Of a DNA stretch of 64,000 nucleotides, positions 39,129 to 53,800 are shown one piece after another. Source of the DNA: Tubiluchus corallicola (taxonomy: Eukaryota; Animalia; Priapulida); the NCBI GenBank assembly GCA_030141605.1, contig JAQGDQ010000503.1, forward strand, positions 96,978 through 160,977. Direction: 5' to 3'. Position 1 is the stretch's first letter. The number at the start of each line of letters is the position of its first letter. Both the position numbers and the translations under genes were made by a program. The notes under the pieces are model-generated. The model was not told where the DNA came from and searched no databases. It saw nothing but the letters and a program-made list of their open reading frames with translations.

Positions 39129-39314
39129 GCACCTTCAGCTCACCACAACACACCTAAAAGAACAGATAATGAAAGTATCATGTGTTCCGGGCACTGTAAA
39201 CACCTTCACCTCACCACAACACACCTAAAAAGAACAGATAATGAAAGTATGATGTGTTCCGGGCACTGTAAACACCTTCAGCTCACCAAAACACACCTAA
39301 AAAAACAGATAATG
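39129..39314. repeat. ~72-bp tandem repeat, about 2.5 copies, in the palindrome spacer
   Basis: CACCTTCAGCTCACCACAACACACCTAAAAGAACAGATAATGAAAGTAT.ATGTGTTCCGGGCACTGTAAA is repeated. Confidence 0.85.
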
Positions 39315-39456
39315 ATTCAGTTTCGATCTGTGTGCCTATTCCATGACTTGCACAAAACAAACTACAGCAGTTGTTCTTTCAACAACTAACAGATTTTTCG
39401 TCTTTGTTCTTTTTAGATTGTTCAGTTGTTAAAACAATAGTACACTGTAATAATAC

Positions 39457-42400
39457 TGTGAAAGTTGTAATTGTACATTTTTAATTAGGTGCTGCCATCT
39501 ATGAACTAATCCTGTTACTCTACCAGCTACTTACGCCAGTATAATTGTACGGTCCAGTGAATGCATATTCGCGGGATCTCTCATTATTTTTGAGTTATGG
39601 TTGTTGTAGCCTTTGCAGTCTGCATAGGTCACCTATACCTATATATACTGACTGATTTACTTTCTACTCTCTCTCATTCTCAGTGTTCAGTGCAGGACAC
39701 TCTCATTCTCAGTGTTCAGTGCAGGACTCTCACTCTCAGTGTTCAGTGCAGGACTCTCATTCTCAGTGTTCAGTGCAGGACACTCTCACTCTCAGTGTTC
39801 AGTGCAGGACACTCTCATTCTCAGTGTTCAGTGCAGGACACTCTCACTCTCAGTGTTCAGTGCAGGACACTCTCATTCTCAGTGTTCAGTGCAGGACACT
39901 CATTCTCAGTGTTCAGTGCAGGACACTCATTCTCAGTGTTCAGTGCAGGACACTCTCATTCTCAGTGTTCAGTGCAGGACACTCTCACTCTCAGTGTTCA
40001 TTGCAGGACTCTCAGTCTCAGTGTTCAGTGCAGGACTCTCTCACTCTCAGTGTTCAGTGCAGGACTCTCATTCTCAGTGTTCAGTGCAGGACACTCATTC
40101 TCAGTGTTCAGTGCAGGACTCTCATTCTCAGTGTTCAGTGCAGGACTCTCATTCTCAGTGTTCAGTGCAGGACTCTCATTCTCAGTGTTCAGTGCAGGAC
40201 ACTCATTCTCAGTGTTCAGTGCAGGACGCTCATTCTCAGTGTTCAGTGCAGGGCACTCATTCTCAGGGTTCAGTGCAGGACACTCTCACTCTCAGTACTC
40301 AGTGCAGGACACTCTAACTCTCAGTGTTCAGTGCAGGACACTCTCACTCTCAGTGTTCAGTGCAGGACACTCATTCTCAGTGTTCATTGCAGGACTCTCA
40401 TTCTCAGTGTTCAGTGCAGGACTCTCATTCTCAGTGTTCAGTGCAGGACACTCATTCTCAGTGTTCAGTGCAGGACACTCTCATTCTCAGGGTTCAGTGC
40501 AGGACACTCATTCTCAGTGTTCAGTGCAGGACTCTCATTCTCAGTGTTCAGTGCAGGACTCTCATTCTCAGTGTTCAGTGCAGGACACTCATTCTCAGTG
40601 TTCAGTGCAGGACACTCATTCTCAGGGTTCAGTGCAGGAGACTCTCACTCTCAGTGTTCAGTGCAGGACACTCATTCTCAGTGTTCAGTGCAGGACACTC
40701 TCACTCTCAGTGTTCAGTGCAGGACACTCATTCTCAGTGTTCAGTGCAGGACTCTCTAACTCTCAGTGTTCAGTGCAGGACTCTCACTCTCAGTGTTCAG
40801 TGCAGGACTCTAACTCTCAGTGTTCAGTGCAGGACACTCTAACTCTCAGTGTTCAGTGCAGGACTCTAATTCTCAGTGTTCAGTGCAGGACACTCTCATT
40901 CTCAGTGTTCAGTGCAGGACACTCTCATTCTCAGTGTTCAGTGCAGGACACTCTCATTCTCAGGGTTCAGTGCAGGACACTCATTCTCAGGGTTCAGTGC
41001 AGGACACTCATTCTCAGTGTTCAGTGCAGGACACTCTCATTCTCAGGGTTCAGTGCAGGACACTCATTCTCAGTGTTCAGTGCAGGACACTCTCACTCTC
41101 AGTGTTCAGTGCAGGACACTCTCACTCTCAGTGTTCAGTGCAGGACTCTAACTCTCAGTGTTCAGTGCAGGACTCTCACTCTCAGTGTTCAGTGCAGGAC
41201 ACTCTCACTCTCAGGGTTCAGTGCAGGACACTCATTCTCAGGATTCAGTGCAGGACACTCATTCTCAGTGTTCAGTGCAGGACTCTCATTCTCAGTGTTC
41301 AGTGCAGGACTCTCATTCTCAGTGTTCAGTGCAGGACACTCTCACTCTCAGTACTCAGTGCAGGACTCTCATTCTCAGTGTTCAGTGCAGGACTCGCTAA
41401 CTCTCTGTACTCAGTGCAGGACACTCTCATTCTCAGTGTTCAGTGCAGGACACTCTCATTCTCAGTGTTCAGTGCAGGACTCTCATTCTCAGTGTTCAGT
41501 GCAGGACACTCTCACTCTCAGTGTTCAGTGCAGGACACTCTCACTCTCAGTGTTCAGTGCAGGACACTCTCACTCTCAGTGTTCAGTGCAGGACACTCTC
41601 ATTCTCAGTGTTCATTGCAGGACTCTCATTCTCAGTGTTCAGTGCAGGACTCTCACTCTCAGTGTTCAGTGCAGGACTCTCACTCTCAGTGTTCAGTGCA
41701 GGACACTCATTCTCAGTGTTCAGTGCAGGACACTCATTCTCAGTGTTCAGTGCAGGACACTCATTCTCAGTGTTCAGTGCAGGACACTCTCATTCTCAGT
41801 GTTCAGTGCAGGACACTCTCATTCTCAGTGTTCAGTGCAGGACTCTCTCACTCTCAGTGTTCAGTGCAGGACTCTCATTCTCAGTGTTCAGTGCAGGACT
41901 CTCACTCTCAGTGTTCAGTGCAGGACACTCTCATTCTCAGTGTTCAGTGCAGGACACTAACTCTCAGTGTTCAGTGCAGGACACTCTCACTCTCAGTACT
42001 CAGTGCAGGACACTAATTCTCAGTGTTCAGTGCAGGACACTCATTCTCAGTGTTCAGTGCAGGACACTCTCACTCTCAGTGTTCAGTGCAGGACACTCTC
42101 ATTCTCAGTGTTCAGTGCAGGACTCTCTCACTCTCAGTGTTCAGTGCAGGACTCTCATTCTCAGTGTTCAGTGTAGGACTCTCACTCTCAGTGTTCAGTG
42201 CAGGACACTCTCATTCTCAGTGTTCAGTGCAGGACACTCTAACTCTCAGTGTTCAGTGCAGGACACTCACTCTCAGTGTTCAGTGCAGGACACTCTCACT
42301 CTCAGTGTTCAGTGCAGGACACTCTCACTCTCAGTGTTCAGTGCAGGACACTCTCATTCTCAGTGTTCAGTGCAGGACACTCTCACTCTCAGTGTTCAGT

Positions 42401-43133
42401 GCAGGACACTCTCATTCTCAGTGTTCAGTGCAGGACACTCTCATTCTCAGTGTTCAGTGCAGGACACTCTCATTCTCAGTGTTCAGTGCAGGACACTCTC
42501 ATTCTCAGTGTTCAGTGCAGGACACTCTAACTCTCAGTGTTCAGTGCAGGACACTCTCACTCTCAGTGTTCAGTGCAGGACACTCTCATTCTCAGTGTTC
42601 AGTGCAGGACACTCTCACTCTCAGTGTTCAGTGCAGGACACTCTCACTCTCAGTGTTCAGTGCAGGACACTCTCACTCTCAGTGTTCAGTGCAGGACACT
42701 CTCACTCTCAGTGTTCAGTGCAGGACACTCTCATTCTCAGTGTTCAGTGCAGGACTCTCTAACTCTCAGTGTTCAGTGCAGGACACTCTCACTCTCAGTG
42801 TTCAGTGCAGGACTCTCTCACTCTCAGTGTTCAGTGCAGGACACTCTCACTCTCAGTGTTCAGTGCAGGACACTCTCACTCTCAGTGTTCAGTGCAGGAC
42901 ACTCTCACTCTCAGTGTTCAGTGCAGGACACTCTCACTCTCAGTGTTCAGTGCAGGACACTCTTATTCTCAGTGATCAGTGCAGGACACTCTCATTCTCA
43001 GTGTTGAGTGCAGCAGTCATTTTACTCATGTGTATGTAGTTTAATAAACACTTTTGTGTGCAAATATGCAGTATAGTTTTTTATTCTTGTTCTACAAAGT
43101 GAGTGATCTACAACTTTAAACATGACTTTCACA
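39457..43133 (+). mobile_element. Solo LTR inflated to 3.7 kb by an internal satellite
   Basis: TGTGAAAGT...ACTTTCACA termini and near-perfect 5-bp TSD AATAC/AATGC. Shares TAGGTGCTGCCA, CGGTCCAGTGAAT, CCTATATA and CATTTTACT blocks with the LTR at 47531-47947. Confidence 0.8.
39672..43013. repeat. 27/29-bp satellite (CTCAGTGTTCAGTGCAGGACACTCTCATT and variants), ~3.3 kb
   Basis: Visible directly; more than 100 units. Confidence 0.98.
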
Positions 43134-44520
43134 AATGCTATTCATTTAATATTTTTTTATATCCAGCAATTAGTGCAAAATTCCTATGTGCATTGATTTC
43201 AGTATATTAATTTATATAAGTGACGTAATAAAAAAAATCGCGCAAAATCTTATTATCACCACTAAAAATTACAAAAATTCATGCAAGGTCGGTTGCTTCA
43301 TTTGTTTATAGTGTTACAGTGTTTATTGTGATAAAAACGTTGTTTTATACAGCACATATTCACGCAGAACACCTGGCACCTAGTGTTTGATGAGCTGCAG
43401 TTGTTGACGACCTTGTTTCCCTTGTGAAAAACAGCGAGAACTGCAAAAAATGTTTAGCTTGCAGAAACAGCGAGGTGTTTGCAGCAGACAAGCTGGTGAC
43501 AGATTCAAGGTGAAGCCCCCACGTTAAATTGCTCCACTGTCTTGCTTGTAGCAAAGTTAGATTAATATGTTCTCAAATATCACAGATAGAACCAACCGCT
43601 ACTTGCCATAAAAGTCAAACAAATGGCAATCAGCAATTCACGATTTCTATGCCTGACATCAAACAGGTCATCTCGAACTGGCAAAATCATAATCACCGGA
43701 GGAGGCTTCAAAGAATGGGCAGTAACGAAATTGGTGAATCTGCTTGTAATCTGATCTGCTGTAATCTGCGTGTAATGCGAGAAGAGATCTAGATGAAAAA
43801 GTGATAGATAGCTATGCACATACTAAATTGCATAATGTTGTTCTATGTTGTGGCATAAATGACGTGTTGAATTTTCACAAAACTAATAGGCAACTAAATG
43901 TTAATGATTTCATGGTTTAGGACACATGCAGTCTTTAGGAACAAGACAGTTATTTGCTGATGCAATGAAAACGATTGCTATGCTACATCATAGATGGCGC
44001 CAGGTGAATTATAATTTCCGATTTTATTTGCTTCTATCGGTTTCCATACAAATTTTCCTCATGCAAATTAACTCACGTGGCACTGAAGCGCCACCTGCGG
44101 TAGAATTTTTCTGCCGATTTCCTGTTTCTTTTTGTGCATCCAGCTTTTTTGAACATGCAACAGTTTTCTTTTAATGGACTCTTTTCTGGACCCTTCTCAA
44201 TCAAAACCATATATTTGTTAAACTCATGGACACATCCAAAATTGGAAAAAAAATAACTCCCTTGTGGAGCAAAGGCATTAATATTAATAATATAAAATTT
44301 TATAGGATAATTTTTTATTCATATGTCTGTACTCTGTTACTCTGCAAGATAAATAGTGTTTAAACAGTCAGAAGCAGTTTTCCACTGCTCACCCATCCAT
44401 TCTATCGACGATGTTTAGTGGTACTGGTGCTTAAATACAGTAGCCAATCAAATGCCCCCATTCTGCTGGTTGTGAAGCTTCAGAAAATCGAAGACTGATC
44501 AAAAATTTCTCGTGGTCGTA

Positions 44521-44552
<32 letters not shown>

Positions 44553-44624
44553 ACTACTACTACTGCTACTACTACTACTGCTACTACTACTGCTACTACT
44601 ACTGCTACTACTACTACTACTACG

Positions 44625-47515
44625 GCTGTAACGATTGAAAGGGTTAGATATTGCGTAAGTAAAATTAGCAAAGTCTTTTCGCCAGCTAACATTTTCATAT
44701 GTGACATTCCTGTGATATTTAACAACAAATATGTTTCTGGAAAAATTCAAATTACGGATACCATTAATAAGACCGTATATCAATTGAATAGCGAATTGTA
44801 TAAATTAACCAGTAATGAGGACTTGATATTGAGCGAAGTGGCAAAATTTTTCGTTAATAATGAATTGATAGCGATGGATGGATTACACCTGAGTAGAACA
44901 GGTGTTGATAAATTAACCCAGGTAATTTCTCACTGCTTGACCAGTGACAATAAAAGGTGGATTGCCCCTAAACGGTATAATAGTAGGCCAGTAAAGCCCA
45001 TTATAGGACAAACAGCGTCAATCACACAAAGCAAGGAAATGAATGATAATTTTATACTACAGCAAACATTGAGAAGACCAGCTTTGCTGCCAACGCCGGT
45101 ACCTGATCAGGATTGTTACATTGTAACAAACAACAAAACCACTGATCAAGACCTACTCGTGAATAATCAACAACACAATAGCACATACGCACAGGTACTA
45201 CACAAACAACCAAAACAGATTAGCAACCCAACCACTGGCTCGCATGCATCAAATTGTGACGCTGAAAAGAAAGAACAATTGAATGAGCTCATTTGTAACG
45301 CTGTGCAAAAGTTCTTAAACAGGTTTCTGTAATTAAAATTGTATCTAAGAAGCTCCCGTTGTAGCAAACAAATTTATTTCGAGTTTCCCGATTGAATTAA
45401 AATATAAATTGACGTTTTTATGTTCAGTTTAAAAATAACGTTTTTTGCTATTTATGCTACTATTTAGTGCCGCCTGTACTTCATATAATGTACCCACTAA
45501 TGATGAAATGTGTGCATGTTATAGGCCTATCGTCAACATTAGCCTGTTGGCAATCAGTCTAACTCTCATAATTTACGTTACTCTTTCTAAGTCACACAAT
45601 AGTAAACTAATTATGGTGCTGATAAATTTAAGCGTAATACCTTCATATATTTTACTAGTGGACCCATGTTGCCTTAATCCTGATTTTGTGCTTTATACTC
45701 TTGACTTAATGGGTACTGTAATACAGATCTTAATTTATATTTCAAAAATTTTCATATGTGTAAAAGCTAAATGTAATTCCCATAAAATTTTATTTATTGC
45801 TTCGATATGCATCTTACAGCTGTACAATGGCAACACCAACTTACCTGTAATAATTAAGAATTATCATAGTTTTAAACTTAAAAATTGGTCTGATTTTAAT
45901 AATTTCAACTTTAATTATGACGTTCAACCACTTGTAAAAAATATTTTTAACTCTGTGTACTTCCTGAAAAGGCTAATGCGTTCAATGCTGCATTGCTGCT
46001 TGTGCAAAACGTGCTTAAATTTCTTTAAAATTAATTATTTTAAGTATATTACTCATTATAGGTTGTATAGAGTCAAACCCAAGCCCATTAACAACAACAT
46101 TAACAGCAGCAGCAACACACACAATAATTTAACTCTGGAAATAAACAATTTTATTAATAAATTCAAGAAAAATATAAAATTTCTTAATATTAATATTCAA
46201 AGTTTAACAAAAAAAAACACTGGCTTCTCAAAGATAATGTACACGCATCGGAAAACCTAGTAATTGTTATCACCGAAACTTGGTTGAACAAAAAAATATC
46301 AAGCAAATCTTTACAATTACCTAAGCACATCCTAATGCGAAAAGACAGATGCAATTCGAGAAACGGAGGAGGGGTAGCAATTTACATCCCAGCACATTTC
46401 AAATCAACTGAAGCAAAAGGCATAAGAACTAATAAAATCGAAACTTTATGGTACAACATAGAAGATTACCTAGTTGGAATTATTTACCGGTCCCCAAATC
46501 AAATATATAAAACCTTCCTAAAACATTTTTCGGTAGAAGTTTGACGAGCTGTTTTCGAAAACAAGCGTATCCTTATAATGGGAGATTTTAACATTGACAT
46601 TAATAATACCAAAAGTCCTGAATGCAAACAATACATTGAACTATTAAATAAATTCTGTCTAAATGTAACCGACAAGAATATCTAAAACATCATCTACATT
46701 AATTGACCACTTCATCTCAAATGACAATACAAAATTTGTCTGTCCTACGACAGCTGCCCTTGTGATTATTCTGATCACAATTTTGTTATTATAGCGGGTC
46801 AAAAATCCCCCTCATCAAATTTTGACTCTAATCCATCATACAAACTCATAAGAGACTACACATAATTCAATGAGACATATTTTCTTGACGATTTAGCTAA
46901 AATGAGTTGGAAAGAAATCTATTACACTACTAATATTGATGCCCAAGTTGAACTTATTACAAATAATATTGAATACTGTCTTAATTTGCACGCCCCCTAT
47001 AAACGTATAAAAACTTTTGCTCAACCCGAACGTAAGCGAAATACTAAAAGTCCATGGACTACTCAAGAACTGGATTTACTAAGAACAACGAAACAACACT
47101 TAAATAAATTGTGGACAACTACCAAATCTAAACATAATTATAAAAAAGCGAGAAATTCATTTAATAATCTAAACAAATCTTTAAAAAACAAATATATACA
47201 GCAAAAATGTAATAAGGCAACCTCTTCTAAAGATAAATGGGAAATAATTAATAATGTCATTAACAGATATACAAACAAGCGAACCCATATCACGGAACTT
47301 ATAATTGACAATAAAGTAATAAAGTAAACTAAAGACATTGCAAATGCTCTTAACGCTACTTTCATTAATTTGGGAAATTTCTGCTGGCCATCTAATCATA
47401 ATAGTAACTACAGCGGAAAAGCAGAAAATCATAAAACAGAAATAGTCATATAGGCAATATTATATGGAGTTATATATAACTTATCAGCTGAAGAGGGCTA
47501 TACTGCATGTTATTA
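44625..47515 (+). mobile_element. CR1-group LINE 5' portion, right-arm copy
   Basis: ORFs 44712..45332, 45445..46260, 46284..46544 and 46902..47327 mirror the left copy, with the same esterase and APE motifs. Confidence 0.85.
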
Positions 47516-47530
47516 ATTGTATTTGAAATT

Positions 47531-47947
47531 TGTGAAAGTTGTAACTGTATATTTTAGGTGCTGCCAACTATTGATTAGTTACTTTAACATTTACTAGTTC
47601 AACTCACCCTTAGTACAATTGTTCGGTCCAGTGAATATTCAAACTCATTGTATCTCCCCTATTTCACTGTAATGGGATATGTGAAGCCAAGTTTTTGCAT
47701 AGTTCTCTACCTATATAAACTGGCTAGATTTCACTGCTAGTCACTCTCTGTCTCAGGCAGTGCAGTCGTGCAACTCATGGGACACACTGTCTCTCTGTCA
47801 CACACTCAGTGCTGTGCAGCAGTTGTGATCTTCATTTTACTTGTGCATTTAGTGCAATAAAAGTGTTTAGTTTTGTGCAAACATGTAATCTTGTGTTTAG
47901 TTGTTTTCTACAAGTGTTCAATTTCAACTTCACAAATAACTTTCACA
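47531..47947 (+). mobile_element. Solo LTR with 5-bp TSD AAATT, right copy
   Basis: TGTGAAAGTT...AACTTTCACA, AAATT at 47526-47530 and 47948-47952, CTATATAAA and AATAAA inside. Confidence 0.87.
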
Positions 47948-47980
47948 AAATTAATATAAAAACTTAATAAAGCTTCTTAA

Positions 47981-49660
47981 CCTTTATCTTACCATAAATG
48001 GAACATACTTTTTATGGCGCCATCGCAGCTCACATGCTTAATTTATCGAGGCAATTCTACCTATCGTGATGTCCTGACGTGTCTCTTACTTTGTTGGGAA
48101 ACTGAACTTTTTATATTGAGATTCAAATTTTTCATGGTTGCCCAACTAAGGCCTAAAAATACGAAATTTGACCGCGCAATTTCAAATTGGCCTGAAAAAG
48201 TGCAGAGTGAACTTCAGTGGAAATTGGCTGCACTGCCTAAAAGCTTACACTCCAAGGTATTGATTGGCAATATAACAGATCGTAATTCGGTTGCTAAGTA
48301 CTAAAAAAATACTGTAATATTTTGATGTTCCATTTATGGAACATTGGTAGGATCAGCACGTTTTAGGTTGCAGTGTACAGTGGAGCCTGGCTCCCCACAG
48401 TCATGCTTACAGTGTACAGTAGACAGTGTGCAGCTTATTGCCAAGTAGCCATTGTTCACTGCCATTGTTCTTGACAATACTTTCCTAACAAGTTGAGTGA
48501 AACACAACATTTTGTGGATACCAGCGTTACAAAACACGTATTTTTGCTATTGTTCTAGCTATTGTAGTCAATGTAAATTGTAATTTATCTATTTTAGCGT
48601 GTGTTACGTTATTAGCATAGTGTGTTGTAAGTTGACCTAAATAGAGCTCGACCAAATTTTTCTAGGTTATGGATACCACGTTCTTCTACAGGAGAAAGTC
48701 CTCACAGGTCAGATGGCAATGTCTACGTAACAATGTGGAAAGTCCTCACAGGTCAGATGGCAATGTCTACGTAACAATGTGGAACGACAAGTCAGTTGTA
48801 GCGGTAGCTAGCAACTATCAAACCCATCTTCTGATTCACCAGGTGAAAAGGAGAACAAAAGGGGGAGAGAAGGACGTTGCCCAGCCTCACCTTGTCAATG
48901 CATACAATCAGGGTATGGGCGGAGTGGACCTATTTGATCGCCTTCTAGGATCGTACAGGCCAATGATCAGAGGAAAAAAGTGGTACTGGCCACTCTTCCT
49001 AAATGCAGTGAACGTATCCATTGTTGCAGCGTGGCGGCTTTACTGTGTCCTTCATCGTGAGACAGTGATGACTCATTTGGACTTTCGGCGGAATGTGGCT
49101 TTGTGCCTACTAAAAGCGGACACTGAACCATTTGCTGTTCGAGGCGTAGGTCACGGGCCTATGGGCCTTCCAGTCGACGCGAGGTTTGATGGTCGAAATC
49201 ACCAGGCTGTGACAACGACTCAGGGACGATGTAAAGTATGTAAAACAAACACGAAACGAATGTGCAACAAGTGTGGAGTGCGGCTCCACAGTGAGAGGCA
49301 GAAGGACTGCTTTATCGTGTACCACCGCCGCTAGGGCGAGGTGTATATGCACATGCAGTGTGATGTTCAGTCGTGCACATGAAGAAATATCATGTGTTGT
49401 ATACATACATTGTGTTGTCATGGTATTGCTGTAAATAAACATCGAAAATGCAATGCAACATGCATCAATCTTCAGTGTGTCCTTTTGTAAGTAATACGTG
49501 CCGATCTTCCCAATGTTCCATAAATGGAACATTCCATATCTCCGTAACCCGTGAAGGGATTTGCCTGAAACTTGTTACATACAATAGGTATGTTAATAGA
49601 ACACATCCATGTAAAAATGAATAAAACGGACAGCTAGAAGTATACGCGGTAAGATAAAGG
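47981..49660 (+). mobile_element. Internally deleted piggyBac, right-arm copy
   Basis: TTAA at 47977-47980 and 49661-49664 with the same TIRs. About 1.1 kb of the transposase is deleted, with a ~44-bp tandem duplication at the junction (about 48694-48781). Confidence 0.93.
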
Positions 49661-50807
49661 TTAAACTAAAAAAGGACATTTAAATATTTTTGTTGTTGTT
49701 CTTTCATGCAATACTGGCTATCCTCAGTTGGTTTAATGACACTCGAATACCAAGTCAGTGCAGCGCATACTTGTACACAGTGAAATGATTCTGAATTGTG
49801 ATCTCAAAACAGAAAAACAACCCAACAGTTTAACACAGGGTATAAAAAACTTCTAATGACCCTTGGTAGGTGTTATGGGCAAATTACCCATATAATTTGT
49901 TTTTTTCCCGCATGAGGGAGCCAAAAGAGTTGACTGGTTATAGCAGAGACTTGTAATGTGGATAATGCAATTTTTATGTGAGAAATTTAATGTCATGCTT
50001 CAACCATAAACAGTGTGTGCTCTCTAGCCAAACGAAGTAAGTGATTTTTGTAAATCTAAGTTTATTAATTAGAAAGCAATTTTCTGTGTAATTTTTTTTT
50101 GTTCAAATTTCTGTAGTTTTGTTCAAATTGCATTACTGAAAATTTTATGTATTCTTTTGTTTTTCTCCTTTAGAAAATAAAGACTGCAATAAACACCTTA
50201 TGAAAGGAACTGTCGTGTTTTGCTGTGTTAACAGTAGGGGTCTTGGAGAATTTGCAGTCGAAAAAAAGAAACCGTGCTGCACGATTGTGTATTACTATTT
50301 TTAATGCATGTGCAATGATGGATATTACGAGTTAGTTTTGTTAGAACGCTTTTTCTACACAGTCTTGAGTCAATTTTCAGCACCTTCGAAAGTCAGTTTA
50401 CCGATATATTGCAAAGCCAGCCCATGTTGCTTTACTTTGCTTAAAAAAACTCAGATTTACTTTGCTTCAATTATGCTTTGTTTCAAACACTATTGCATGT
50501 TTTTGTAAAACAGTTGAGTTTTCTTAGTGAATCAAAACATATTTAGCAGTCGTAATTAAGGGTGATTACAAATGCATACATAATATATCGCTCTGATCCT
50601 ACTGTCCTATATGTATTAAAAATGTCATGGTTTCCACCTAGAAGCTATAGCGATATTCGTACAGAGATTAACTTGTCTATGTGTAATCTTAAAACATTTA
50701 ATATCAGCGTAAGATAGTAACAAATACTTTACTTTACTGTAACAATTTTGAGTTATACGTACTTTACTGTAACAAATACTTTACTTTACTGTAACAAATA
50801 AATGACA

Positions 50808-53800
50808 CTTGAATGTAGTTCAGATCTTACTAGCTAGTGGAGCTGATTGTATGATTGTAATGTCTGTGACAAGTATGGACAAACTGCTCTGATGCTAGCA
50901 GCTTATAAGGGACATGTGAATGTAGTTCAGCTCTTACTAGCTAGTGGAGGTGATTGTATGATTGCAATGTCTGTGACAAGTATGGACAAACTGCTCTGAT
51001 GCTAGCAGCTTATAAAGGACATTTGAATGTAGTTCAGCTCTTACTAGCTAGTGGAGCTGATTGTATGATTGTAATGTCTGTGACAAGTACGGACAAACTG
51101 CTCTGATGCTAGCAGCTTATAAAGGACATGTGAATGTAGTTCAGCTCTTACTAGCTAGTGGAGCTGATTGTATGATTGTAATGTCTGTGACAAGTATGGA
51201 CAAACTGCTCTGATGCTAGCAGCTTATAAGGGAATGTAGTTCAGCTCTTACTAGCTAGTGGAGGTGATTGTATGATTGTAATGTCTGTGACAAGTATGGA
51301 CAAACTCCTCTGATGCTAGCAGTTTATAAAGGACATTTGAATGTAGTTCAGCTCTTAGTAGCTAGTGAAGCTGATTGTAACATAAGTGACAACAATGGAT
51401 GGACACCTGCCATGAAAGCAGCTTACAATGGACATGTGGATGTAGTTCACTTCTTACTAGCTAGTGGAGCTGATTATGATGGATGGACGACTCTTATGAA
51501 AGCAGCTTATAAAGGACACGTGAATGTAGTTCAGCTCTTAGTAGCTAGTGGAGCAGATTGTATGACTGTAATGTCTGTGACAAGTATGGACAAACTGCTC
51601 TGATGCTAGCAGCTTATAAAGGACATTTGAATGTAGTTCATCTCTTACTAGCTGGTGGAGCTGATTGTATGATTGTAATGTCTGTGACAAGTACGGACAA
51701 ACTGCTCTGATGCTAGCAGCTTATAAAGGACATTTGAATGTAGTTCAGCTCTTACTAGCTAGTGGAGCTGATTGTAATGTCTGTGAGAAGTATGGACAAA
51801 CTGTTCTGATGCTAGCAGCTTATAAAGGACATGTGAATGTAGTTCAGCTCTTAGTAGCTAGTGAGGCTGATTGTAACGTAAGTGACAAAAATGGATGGAC
51901 TCCTGTCATGAAAGCAACTTTTAAAGGACATGTGAATGTAGTTCAGTTCTTAGTAGCTAGTGAAGCTGATTGTAATGTCTGTGATAAGTATGGACAAACT
52001 GCTCTGATGCTAGCAGCTTATAAAGGACATTTGAATGTAGTTCAGCTCTTACTAGCTAATGGAGCTGATTGTAATGTCAGTGACAGGCTTGGACAGACTG
52101 CTCTTATCTGGGCAGCTAAGAAGGGACACTCGAATGTAGGGAAGGAGTTAAGTTGCTGGTGCTGCTGACTTAAATTGCTGCTTAGAAGTAATGCTGACTG
52201 TAATGTCAGTAATAAAGATACATGGACGCCTCTTATGTATGCTACACGTGCTAGCAATTATGCAACCATATTGAATCTTCTGGCTTTTGGTGCTATTTGT
52301 AATGCCAAATCCAAAGACGGCTGGTCTGCACCTTTGATTGCTGCTGGTAACAGAGATGAACAAGCCATAAACTTGTTATGGCAGAGAAGTTGCATTCTAA
52401 CATCATGTAAATACAAGGATAACAAACAGACTTTTCCCATGGCAATGTTACTGTTGAATGTCTCTTGGCTCTTGACCGCAATACTGATTGTAATGGTTGT
52501 GATGCATTTGATGTGACAGCTCTAATGACTGCAGCTGCACACGGGCATCATGAAACGCTGGAATTATTACTTTGTCATGGTGCTAATTAAAGGTGGAAGC
52601 ACAGAAACACTACGCATTTTACTGCAACATTTGTCAGGAGTTCCCAGCTCTAGCAATAAGGGTGAACAGAGAGCTCTTATAGCTGTAGTCCCAGCTCTAG
52701 CATAAAAGGACGAACAGACAGCTCTTATAGCTGTAGTCAGAGCTCTAGCAATAAGGATGAACAGACAGCTCTTATAGCTGTAGTCAGAGCTCTAGCATAA
52801 AAGGATGAACAGAGAGCTCTTATAGCTGTAGTCCCAGCTCTAGCATAAAAGGATGAACAGACAGCTCTTATAGCTGTAGTCAGAGCTCTAGCATAAAAGG
52901 ATGAACAGAGAGCTCTTATAGCTGTAGTCCCAGCTCTAGCATAAAAGGATGAACAGAGAGCTCTTATAGCTGTAGTCCCAGCTCTAGCACAAAAGGACGA
53001 ACAGACAGCTCTTATAGCTGTAGTCAGAGCTCTAGCATAAAAGGACGAACAGACAGCTCTTATAGCTGTAGTCAGAGCTCTAGCATAAAAGGATGAACAG
53101 ACAGCTCTTATAGCTGTAGTCCCAGCTCTAGCACAAAAGGACGAACAGACAGCTCTTATAGCTGTAGTCCCAGCTCTAGCATAAAAGGACAAACAGACAG
53201 CTCTTATAGCTGTAGTCAGAGCTCTAGCATAAAAGGATGAACAGACAGCTCTTATAGCTGTAGTCCCAGCTCTAGCATAAAAGGACGAACAGACAGCTCT
53301 TATAGCTGTAGTCAGAGCTCTAGCAATAAGGATGAACAGACAGCTCTTATAGCTGTAGTTAAAGTTGGAAGCACAGAAACACTACGTGTTTTACTCCAAC
53401 ATTTGTCAGGAGTTCCCGGCTCTAGCAATAAGTCGATTGCTACAATAGAGAGGTCTGAGCTAAGCCTACATTATTTTATAAATAAAAATGGTAAGTTTGA
53501 CAACACAGGTCTGCTGTACGGAAGTGGTCTTGACATTTGTAATAAAGAAGGTGACATTCCACTATACGCAGCTGCGCATTCACACACAGGTACAAGAAGT
53601 GACGTTACACAATGTTAACATGGAGTCTGCCTTAAAAAGCCAAACAATAAAGGGCTGACAGCACTGGATATATACAATTTAGTGAACGTAATAACAATGA
53701 ACGACGAGTATAAAGAAACAGTGGGCCACTTATTGTACATACCTGAGACGCACAAAGAGTGTAAACCACTGAAGAGAACACCTACCGAAGAAGACATAGC

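Noticed and set aside
39597-43039. Long plus-strand ORFs (up to 787 aa, SVFSAGHS/QCSVQD/SVQCRTL)
   Set aside because: They arise from a stop-poor 27/29-bp satellite and appear in all three frames, so they are not evidence of a protein.
52737-53192. 151-aa ORF of ARAGTTAIRAVCSSFY repeats
   Set aside because: It is the antisense reading of the 48-bp half-ankyrin minisatellite.
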